Shown here piece by piece: positions 47,451-56,213 of a stretch of DNA of 64,000 bases. The position numbers were made by a program, and so were the translations under genes. The DNA lies in assembly GCA_963757295.1 (NCBI GenBank), contig CAVWQZ010000006.1:142390-206389 (forward strand), written 5' to 3'. How positions within the stretch are numbered: position 1 is the first letter of the stretch; each line of letters starts with the position of its first letter. This DNA comes from an uncultured Actinomycetota bacterium. GTDB taxonomy: Bacteria; Actinomycetota; Actinomycetes; JACCUZ01. Below the pieces are notes generated by a model, which was not told the DNA's origin, searched no databases, and saw nothing but the letters and a program-made list of their open reading frames with translations.

Positions 47451-49098
47451 TTTCGTCCAGCGAGGTGATCCCGTCGAGCACCTTGGCGAGGCCGTCGTGA
47501 GCGCAGGGTGACCATGCCCTCTTCGCGGGCCTGCTCGGCGATGGCGGCCGCCGAGGCGTGCTCCACGGCCATCCGCTCGATGGTCTCGCTCACCGGCATC
47601 ACCTCGTGCAGCGCGAGCCGGCCCTTGTAGCCGGTCTTCGAGCACGCGGAGCAGCCGATCGGCCGGAAGAGCGTTGGGGACCGGCTCACCGTCCTGCAGC
47701 GGGAAGCGGGACTGGACCAGCAGCTCGCGGGAGGGGGTGAACTCCTCCTTGCACTTGGCGCAGAGCCGGCGGGCGAGGCGCTGGGCCAGCACGCAGTCCA
47801 GGGCGGACCCGACCAGGAACGGCTCGATCCCCATCTCGATGAGCCGGGTGATCGAGGACGGCGCGTCGTTGGTGTGCAGGGTGGAGAGGACCAGGTGGCC
47901 CGTCAGCGCCGCTTCCACGGCGATCTGAGCCGTCTCGTGGTCGCGGATCTCACCGATCAGCACGATGTCGGGGTCCGAACGCAGGATCGAGCGCAGGGCC
48001 GAGGCGAACGTCAGTCCCGCCTTGATGTTCGTCTGGACCTGGTTGATGCCCGGCCAGGCGATACTCCACCGGGTCCTCGACCGTGATGACGTTGACCTCG
48101 GGCCGGCTGACGATGTTCAGGGTCGCGTACAACGTCGTGGACTTGCCGGAACCGGTCGGACCGGTGACCAGGATCATCCCGTAGGGCTTGATGAAGCTCT
48201 GGGAGTAGACCTCGTAGTTGTGCTCGGAGAAGCCGAGGTCGGCGAGGTCGAGCCGGGCGGTCGAGTTGTCCAGGATTCGCATGACGACCTTCTCGCCCCA
48301 CACGGTCGGCAGCGTCGCGACCCGCAGGTCGATCTTGCGGCCGTGCGCATTGACCGAGAGGCGGCCGTCCTGAGGGATCCGGCGCTCCGCGATGTTGATG
48401 TCGGCCATGATCTTCAGTCGGCTGATGACGCCCTGCTGGATCGCCTTCGGTGAGCGCATGATCTCGTGCAGTACGCCGTCGATGCGGAACCGCACGCGCA
48501 GGTCGGTCTCGGTCGGCTCCAGGTGGATGTCCGAGGCTCGGTCCTGGATCGCCTGCGTGATCAACAGGTTGACGTACTTGACGATCGGCGCGTCCTCGAC
48601 GATCTCCTTGACCTTGGAGAGGTCGTCCTCCTCCTCCTGCGCGTCCAGCGCCTGGGTGAGGTCGTCGAGGTCGGAGTCGGCGCGGTAGTAGCGGTCGATG
48701 GCCGCGGCGACGTCCGCCCGGGTCGCGACGACCGGCTTGACGTCCATGCCGGTCAGCGACCGGATGTCGTCGACGGCGAACACGTTGGCCGGGTCGGCCA
48801 TCGCGACGAGCAGCTTGCCGTCCTCGAAGCCGATCGGGATGGCCGCGTGGCGGCGGCACACCGGCCCGGGCACGCGCCCGATGGCTGAGCCGTCGACCGG
48901 GAAGTCGCTCAGGTCGACGAAGCGCAGGCCGATCTGGGTGGCCAGCGCGGCCACCAGCTGGGACTCGGTGAGCACGCCCTGCTCGATCAGCACGCGCCCG
49001 AGGGCCCGGCCGACCCGTTCTTGTTCCTCGTAGGCGATGGCGAGCTGGTCAGAGCTGACCAGTCCACCCTCCAGGAGGATGTCGCCGAGCTGTTTCAC
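47451..49098 (-). CDS. pilB: Type IV pilus assembly/extension ATPase PilB (GspE family with N-terminal GSPII_E_N domain); at least 3 frame shifts (near 48055, 47680, 47500)
   Basis: GTG start after [41 protein letters not shown]..., Walker [64 protein letters not shown], zinc motif CAKCKEEF...[12 protein letters not shown], end [27 protein letters not shown]. Confidence 0.85.
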
Positions 49099-50977
49099 GC
49101 ACCCTCTCCTGCCGTCGAAGCCACGTTGGCGCCTCTGTTCCATCGGGTGGATGCGGCCGATCCTGAAGACGCATCGGTGCTGCTCTGATCGAGGCGGCGC
49201 AGCGCGTCCTCGACCGCTGCGCGCGCGCCGTCCGGCCCGGTCGTTGCCAGGACAGCCCGCAGGCGCAGCAGGATCGCCCTGGCCTCCGCCGCTCGGCCGG
49301 CCGTCTCCAGCACGCCCGCCTGACCGAGCAGCAGCATGGGCAGGCGCTGGCTGGAGGCGTCGGCCACAGCAGCTGCCAGGGCCACGCCCGCGGCCGGGCG
49401 CCCGGTCACGACCAGGGCCTTCGCACGATCCATCTGCAGCCCGGGATTGTCGGTGGCGGCCCGCTCGGTGCACTCCAGGGCGGTGCGCAGGTCCGCCTGG
49501 TCGGTGCCGCGCAGCATCGACCGGCAGACCGAGGCCGCCGGCAGCCAGGAGAGGTGCCCGGAGGCGGGGACGACACTCGTCACCGGCTGCGCCCACAGCG
49601 GGACCTCGGCGGCGGAGGCTCGCAGGCCGGATGCGCGCACCGCGGCCGGCACCGACACCAGCAGGAGCGCGACGGCGACGACAGCGACAGCACGTGGCCA
49701 CACGCCGGCCGGCGCATCGGGGCGTTGCCGGGCGGGCACGACCAGCCCTGCCAGGATCGCGAGGAACGCGAGCAACGACGGGTAGATCCAGTCGAAGTCC
49801 ACCCCGGAGTGCAGGATCAGGCCGAGCATGGCCAGCGGGACGCCGATGGCCACGACTTCGTCGTCGCGGCGGCGGGAACGGGACATGAGAGCCCACAGCC
49901 CGGCGAGCAGTGGGACACCCGTCGCGAGCGCGAGGGCCGCCACCAGGGGTCCACCGCCGTCGGAGAAGGCCTGCAGATAGCCGTTGTGCACATGGGTCGC
50001 GGGCGCCTACCCCGACGGGCAGGCGCACCGGAGGCGCCGGCGAACGAGTCGAACCCCGCACCGGTGAGCGGGTGCTCGGTGCCCAGCTCAGTGGCAACCT
50101 TCCAGAACTCGAGCCGCGCTCGGCCGTTGCCCTCCACAGACTGCGCCGGCGCCGCGGGCCCTGCAAGGTGGCGAACGGGCCGCCGGACTCCTCCATCAGC
50201 AGCGGGCTGGCGAGGACAGGTGCGCCAGACCCAGAGCGACGGCGACCAGGGCGAGGGCGGCTACCCGCCCTCTGCTGTCGATGAAGGACAGCACGATCAC
50301 GACGAGCCAGACGACCAGGAAGGTGCCCAGCCCGGCGCGACTGCCGGCGAACAGCAGCCCCGCGAGGCACCAGGGCGCGGTCACCCAGCCGACGATGCGC
50401 AGAGCGCCGTGAGCGCGGACAGCCAGCACTCCGGCGAGGACCCCTGCCCCGACCATGAACGCAGAGAACTGGTTGTGCCAGTAGAAGGTTCCCGAGCATC
50501 AGGCGGTAGACGCTGCCGCCGCCCCACCACGGCACGTAGGACTGGTAGAACTGCTCGAGCCCGACCACGGCGAGGACACCGAGAAGGGCGTGCCGGCGCG
50601 AGCGCGTGGTGGCCCAGGACCCGGACCACGACAGCGAGCAGGCCGGCGTAGGCCAGGGTCGCGACCTCGTCCAGGCCGTCCCAGTGGGTCGGGGCCGTCA
50701 GGCAGACGACGATCGCCGCCAGCCCGGGCGTCACGGCGAGCAGAAGCTGCCAGGCGGGAAGCACCCGCCACGGCCGCGTCGCGAACAGCGCCGGCGCCAG
50801 GGCGACGAGGGCCAGCCCGAGGACCCACGGGTCGCGCCCACCCGAGCCGTGCGTGAGCGGAACGGCCCACGCGAGAAGGGCGAGGACGACGGTCGCGGTG
50901 GCGACGTGCCCCGCCGTCGTGGTCCGGGCGCGGTCGCCGTCGAGCCGCACGGGCGGCCGCGACTGAAGCAGCGTCAT
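49095..50977 (-). CDS. Polytopic membrane protein with Wzy_C / O-antigen-ligase-type domain and C-terminal TPR-like region (PglL/TfpO-like O-oligosaccharyltransferase candidate); at least 4 frame shifts
   Basis: Multiple TM segments (WVLGLALVALAPALFATRPW..., FLVVWLVVIVLSFIDSRG...). Signature H-N-G-Y-L-Q-A-F-S-D-G-G-G-P-L-V. TPR-like tail LRTALECTERAATDNPGLQMDRAKALVVTGRPAAGVALAAAVADAS. Stop at 49095 abuts the pilB GTG at 49098. Confidence 0.55.
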
Positions 50978-51198
50978 CTGCGAGTCATCGGCAACGCGAC
51001 ATTCACCCTGAAGGAGTAACGCTGCGCGCGGCGAGCAGCATGGCGACCTGCCCGATCGAGCGGGTCAGCGCCGAGTCGGCGGGCAGCACGGTCTCGCCCA
51101 GATCGCCGAACACCAGGTGCACGACGACGGTCGGGTCCGACCGGCGGCGCCGGCCGGGCAAGGCCTCGAGACCCCAGGGGCTGGCCACCGCCACCCGA

Positions 51199-51774
51199 TC
51201 AGGCGCGGACGGCTTCGGTCTCGACCTCGTCGAGAACCGCGTAGAGCAACGCCAGCAGGACGTTCTTGACCGACTCCTTGTCGGTGGCGTCGCAGGACAT
51301 GATCGCCACGTCGGCGGGGATCTCGAGGGTCTCGCGGACCCGCTCGGTCAGCGCGTGGTCGTCCGGCGCGGCCCGGTTGAGCGCCACGACGTACGGCACC
51401 CGGGCCATCCGCCGGAACGCCTCGAGGATCCCGCTCGCCTCGGCGATGGAGTCCTCACGCTCGGCGTCCACGAGCAGCAGGTAGCCGATCATGCCCTCGC
51501 CGAGGATCTCCCACATGAAGTCGAAGCGCTCCTGGCCCGGCGTGCCGAACAGGTAGAGCACGAGGTCGCGGTCGATCGTGATGCGACCGAAGTCCATCGC
51601 CACGGTCGTCTCGGCCTTGCGCGACCGGGTGCTGTCGGTGATCCCGCGCTCCGTGGAGAGCACCGTGATCTCGCTGATGGTGCGGATCAACGTGGTCTTG
51701 CCGGCCGAGAACGGCCCGGTGACGACCACCTTGACTGCCTGACCACCGCGACGGCGGTTGCGTGCTGACGCCAT
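51199..51774 (-). CDS. MglA/CvnD-like Ras-superfamily small GTPase (Roadblock-associated ATP/GTP-binding protein)
   Basis: VKVVVTGPFSAGKTTLIRTISEI...TTVAMDFGRITIDRDLVLYLFGTPGQERFDFMWEILGEGMIGYLLLVDAE...VVALNR. Intact 191 aa. Confidence 0.8.
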   Translation of the reverse strand: MASARNRRRGGQAVKVVVTGPFSAGKTTLIRTISEITVLSTERGITDSTRSRKAETTVAMDFGRITIDRDLVLYLFGTPGQERFDFMWEILGEGMIGYLLLVDAEREDSIAEASGILEAFRRMARVPYVVALNRAAPDDHALTERVRETLEIPADVAIMSCDATDKESVKNVLLALLYAVLDEVETEAVRA

Positions 51775-51777
51775 GGC

Positions 51778-52993
51778 CTAGAGCCCCCTGACCCCGGCGA
51801 TCAGCCGCAGCATCAGGCTGCGGTTGACCGACGGGTCTCGTTCGATGAGCGACGGCTGGGGTTCGAGCGCGGTGGCGCCGACGACGTCGCCGGAGCCTGC
51901 CCCACCCGACCCCCCTGGGGTTGCGTGCGGGACGGACCGGTTTGCGGCTGCGGGGCTGCCGTCGTCGAACTCGGCCTGACGGCGGGGCAGGAACGGCTCG
52001 GACCGCGGCGGTACGACGTCGCCGGGCACGTGCGCGCCGCCGAGCATCATCGGACCGTCGCCGGCCGATGCCTTCACCAGGTCGGGCTCGTCGGCGGACT
52101 CCGCCGGCGCGGCGGGCGCGTCCGCGGGGGCGTCGGCAGGCGGCGTCGTCCTGGTCGCCGGACCGGGCGGCGGGCGGCGACGCGGGCGCAGCAGCGGGGG
52201 ACGCGGCAGGCTTCTTGACGGGGGCGGCCGGGGAGACCTCGACCGGGCCGAGCAGCTCCTGACGTCGTACGACGACACTCACGTGGTCGTCGCCGTCCTC
52301 GCGGACCTCCAGCAGCGACCGGCTGACCAGGCCGGCGAGCGTCGACACCACGGCGTACCGGCCGCAGCCGGTGAGGTCGACGAGGTCGTTGACGCTGCGT
52401 CGACCGTCGATGAGGGCCAACAGCGCCCACTCGTCGCGGCTGATGTCGGGGTCGTCAGGGAGCACGACCGGCATGCTCAGGATCGCCGTCGGCGACGGGA
52501 CGACCTGGCTCACGGTCTCCCAGCTGGCCCGGCGCGCGTCGGCGTCGGCAACGACGGTCTCGGTCTGCACGCTCACACCGACGTCGTCGGGGTTGACCTC
52601 GTCCATCACGAAGGCGAACTCGCCGGTCTGCCACTGCAGCAGGTCGAAGACCGCGTCGACGGACTGGTCGCTCACGGCCTGGCGGAGCAGCTCGGCCTCG
52701 ACCGCGTTCGCCTCGAGCAGTGCCTTCACGACGCCGACGTCCTTGTCGTCGCGGGCGCGCTGCACGGCCTCGCCGAGCGACCCGTCGTCGACGGCCCCGC
52801 TGCCGATCAGGCGGCGGGCCAACGGCTGGCGGGAGGTGTCCGCGGACGCACCAGTGATCTGCCCGGCGGTGAAGAACACCACGCCGTCGCACCCGTCGCT
52901 GGACAGGTGCAGGCCACCGGTCTTCTTGGTGAAGCTCAGCAGCTGGAAGACGTCCGGCAGGCTGAAAGCGTCAAGGGACCCCTCGAGCTTCAT
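51778..52993 (-). CDS. PATAN/DUF4388-domain protein with Pro/Ala-rich linker and short conserved C-terminal segment; frame-shifted in the middle
   Basis: MKLEGSLDAFSLPDVFQLLSFTKKTGGLHLSSDGCDGVVFFTAGQITGASAD (DUF4388 pattern LxGxLxxFxLxDLLQLL...KTGxL), ...RDEWALLALIDGRRSVNDLVDLTGCGRYAVVSTLAGLVSRSLLEV, C-terminus ...DPSVNRSLMLRLIAGVRGL*. Confidence 0.6.
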
Positions 52994-53013
52994 GTCAGGT
53001 CCAGCTCGTGGTC

Positions 53014-53589
53014 TCAGCCGGGGTCGCGTTCTCCGGCTGGCCCCAGCCGTTCTTGGTCACGAACTGCAGCGGAGGCACGTCCTCGCTGTGGTCGTCGGTC
53101 TGCGTCGGTCTGGTCATCGGCCTGGTCGTCGGTCTCGGCGCCGGAGGCGTGCGCACCTCTGGCCGCGGGCACCAGGCTGGGCGCCGTCTCGACCCGGAGC
53201 GCGTCGGCCACGGAGGCTGCCGCGCGGCGGACCTCGAAGAGCATCAGACCGACCTTGGCGCCGCGCGAGGCGACGGCCACCAGCACGGCCTCGTCGTCGG
53301 CGGAGACCAGGAAGACGGTGCCGTTCTCGCCCTCGACGTAGATCTGCGAGAGCTCACCCCGGCCCAGACCCTCAGCGGCCCGCTCGCCCAGGGAGAGCAG
53401 GGCGGCGCTCATGGCGGCCACCCGGTCCTCGTCCATGCCGGCAGGCAGGGCCGCGGCCATCGCCAGACCGTCGAAGGACACCACTGCGGCGGCCTCGACC
53501 TCGGGCACCTGGCCGACCAGCTCGGCCAGAATCTGGTCCAGCTTCGCCGACCGGCTGACGCCGCTGGCGGCGTGGTTCGCTTCGCTCAT
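53014..53589 (-). CDS. Roadblock/LC7-domain protein (MglB/CvnB-like); C-terminus frame uncertain
   Basis: AKLDQILAELVGQVPEVEAAAVVSFDGLAMAAALPAGMDEDRVAAMSAALLSLGERAAEGLGRGELSQIYVEGENGTVFLVSADDEAVLVAVASRGAKVGLMLFEV. Confidence 0.75.
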   Translation of the reverse strand: MSEANHAASGVSRSAKLDQILAELVGQVPEVEAAAVVSFDGLAMAAALPAGMDEDRVAAMSAALLSLGERAAEGLGRGELSQIYVEGENGTVFLVSADDEAVLVAVASRGAKVGLMLFEVRRAAASVADALRVETAPSLVPAARGAHASGAETDDQADDQTDADRRPQRGRASAAVRDQERLGPAGERDPG

Positions 53590-53674
53590 TGCCCCACCTC
53601 GTGTGGACAGCGTCGGCCCAGGTGACCGCTTCCCTAGGCCCATCGGCGGGCAGCCGTCCGGGCTTGAGCGCGGG

Positions 53675-54501
53675 TCAGGGTGTGCGCAGCGCGCGTTCTC
53701 CCGCGGCCCGCAGCACGGGCACCAGTGCCGGTACGTCGACCGGCCGCCCGGTCATCAGCGCGACCTGCAGAACGGCCTGGTGAACCAGCAGGTCAAGGCC
53801 ACCGAGCACGTCAGCCCCGCGCTGCCGCCAGGCCGTCGCCAGCGGGGTGGGCCACGGGTCGTAGACGACGTCGAAGAGCATCCCGGCCAGCCGCGGCGGC
53901 AGGGTCTCGGCCAGCGCGTCCGTGCTGCCGGCCGGCGTCGTCGACACCACCAGGTCGGCGCCGGCGAGCGCATCCAGGCTGGTGGACGACCACTCCTCGA
54001 CGTGCGGCCGCACCCCGAGGCGCGCCGCCGCCTGCTCCAGGCCGGCTGCCCGGCCGCGGTCGCGCACCAGGACGGTCGGCGTGGACTCCCCCAGCTGCTG
54101 CAGGGCGGCCAGGGCCGCGGCGGCGGTCGCGCCCGCACCGAGGACGCAGGCCCAGCCCACCCCGTCGACCCCGCGCTCGCGCAGGGCGGCGACCATGCCG
54201 GGCACGTCGGTGTTCTCGCCCTGCCGGCCGTCGGGGCCGAGCAGGACCGTGTTGGCGCCGCCGACCGCACGGACCAGCTCGCTGGACCGGTCGAGCAGCG
54301 TCAGCACGGCCGCCTTCAGCGGCATCGTCAACGAGAGTCCGGCCCACGAGCCGTCCAGCCCGTCGAGGAAGCCCGCCAACCCGGCCGCGTCCACGTCGTA
54401 CGCGTCATAGGTCCACTCCGCGAGGCCGAGCTCGTCGTAGGCGGCCTGGTGGAGGACGGGGGAAAGCGAGTGGCGGACCGGCGAGCCGAGCACGGCTGCG
54501 C
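53675..54501 (-). CDS. aroE: Shikimate dehydrogenase
   Basis: GTG start overlapping the mltG stop (GTGA). [21 protein letters not shown]...SLTMPLK...VLGAGATAAAALAAL. Confidence 0.8.
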
Positions 54502-55619
54502 GGCACCTCACTGGTTGGACTTGAGCTCCTGCTTGAACCGCAGGAACTCCTGGTAGCTGCTGGTGAACTTCGTCTCGCCGCTCTCCGGGTCGACGGTGAC
54601 GAAGTACAGCCAGTCGCCGTCCGGCGGGTTGACCGCGGCCTCGAGCGCACGTCTCGCCGGGAGAGTTGATGGGCCCGGGCGGCAGGCCGGTGTTCTTGTA
54701 GGTGTTGTACGGCGAGTCGGTGCCGAGGTCCTCGAGGGTGACCAGCTTCTTGTCGGCCTTGAGCGCGTAGTTGACGGTGGAGTCGAACTGCAGCGGCATC
54801 CCCTGCGTCGAGCCGGTTGTAGACGACCCGGGCGACCTTGCCGAAGTCCTCGGCGTGGCGCGCCTCGGCCTCGACCAGGCTGGCGATGATGACGAGCTCG
54901 TACGGCGAGCGCTGGGTGCGCTCCACCCCGGTCGTCTCGGCGGCGTCGTGCGTACCTCGCCGAACAGCGCCTTGAGCACGTCCGGCGCGGCGGCGTTCGG
55001 CGGAACGTCGTAGGTCGCCGGGAACAGGAAGCCCTCGGCGTTCTTCTTCGCGTAGGCCGGCAGGCCCAGCGAGCGGGCGTCCTTGAGCGCCTTCTTGTAG
55101 TCGGCGAGCGGGAGCTCGGTGCTCTTGGCCAGCCGCTTGAGCGTCTCGTCGAGCCGGAGCCCTTCGGGCAGGACGACCTTGGCCTGGACCCGCGACTTGG
55201 GGTCGAGCAGCAGGGCCAGCGCCTCGCCGGCCTGCATCTTGCGCTTGAGCTGCGTAGAAGCCGGGCTGAAGACTCGAGGACCTGGGCTCCGCGTTGGCCG
55301 CCGCGAGGAACGCGTCGACGCTGGCGATCACGTCTTCCTTCTTCAGGGTCCGCCCGACCTCGGCGACGGTCTGCCCGGGGGTGACCTCGATCACGACCTC
55401 GCCCTCTCCGGGGCCGGGATAGTCGTCGGCGCTGGTGGAGAGGGCGTCGGTGAGCTTGGACCCGACGCCCTTGACCAGGGCATATCCCCCGGCCACGACC
55501 GCCAGGATCACCAGCAGGGAGATCACGACGGCGAGACCGCCCTTGCGGTCGCGCTTCTTCTTGCGCCGGCGCCGGCGCACCGGTCGATCCTCATCGGCCC
55601 AGACCGAGAGATCCGTCAT
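54498..55619 (-). CDS. mltG: Endolytic murein transglycosylase MltG (YceG family); at least 2 frame shifts
   Basis: N-terminal [21 protein letters not shown], ...[21 protein letters not shown]..., FLFPATYDV, ...[11 protein letters not shown], end ...[32 protein letters not shown]. Confidence 0.75.
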
Positions 55620-56101
55620 TCCTCCACCTTCGTGTCGTCCCCGGGTGTCGCGGCCTGCACCTGCCGTCCCGGCGCGATCCCGGTGGCTCGCTCCTCGTCG
55701 AGGGCGGTCTGCAAGATGATGACAGCAGCGGCCTGGTCGACAACGCTACGCCCCCGGCGGCTGTCCATCCCACTCGCCCGGAGGTCGCGCTGGGCTCCCA
55801 CGGTGGACAGCCGCTCGTCGACCAGCCGCACCGGCGTGGACCCGAGCGTGTCGGCCAGCCGCTGGGCGAAGGCGACGGCATCGTCCGCGGCGCGGCCCTC
55901 CCGGCCGGCCAGCGTGCGGGGCAGGCCGACCACCACCTCGACCGCCTCGCGCTCGGCGGCCAGGCGGGCCAGCTCGGCCAGGTCGCCGCGGCCCCGGCGC
56001 ACGGTCGCGACCGGGGTCGCGATCAGCCCCGCCGGGTCGCAGGACGCCACGCCGATCCGGACGGTGCCCACGTCGACCCCCAGCCGCACGCCCGCCCTCA
56101 T
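55616..56101 (-). CDS. ruvX: Putative pre-16S rRNA nuclease / Holliday-junction resolvase-like YqgF
   Basis: [36 protein letters not shown]...[26 protein letters not shown]. Confidence 0.85.
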   Translation of the reverse strand: MRAGVRLGVDVGTVRIGVASCDPAGLIATPVATVRRGRGDLAELARLAAEREAVEVVVGLPRTLAGREGRAADDAVAFAQRLADTLGSTPVRLVDERLSTVGAQRDLRASGMDSRRGRSVVDQAAAVIILQTALDEERATGIAPGRQVQAATPGDDTKVEE

Positions 56102-56213
56102 GCGCTGATCATGCAGTTCCTGCGCACCATCGCCTCTCCCAACCACGATCATGCAGTCGTGGTTCTGCGGACTCCGCCAGGAACCACCGTTGCATGATCG
56201 CGGCGGGGTGGGG

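Noticed and set aside
46169-47689. 506-aa ORF spanning the pilB C-terminus, intergenic region and pilT
   Set aside because: It is a chimeric open frame. Only its first ~60 codons (PilB C-terminus [18 protein letters not shown]...) and a middle P/A/E-rich part look genuine. The rest is pilT read out of frame.
50977-51199. Small ORF 51003..51194 (63 aa) in the gap upstream of the Wzy_C gene
   Set aside because: No start context or SD, and out-of-frame-like composition. The region is more plausibly the promoter or leader of the pilB-side operon.
51199-53589. Streptomyces-type 'conservon' (cvnA-cvnB-cvnC-cvnD)
   Set aside because: The Roadblock and GTPase genes resemble CvnB/CvnD, but there is no HATPase sensor (CvnA) and the middle gene carries DUF4388/PATAN, not DUF742 (no RPY..GRT motif). 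It is therefore treated as an MglA/MglB/PATAN-type module instead.
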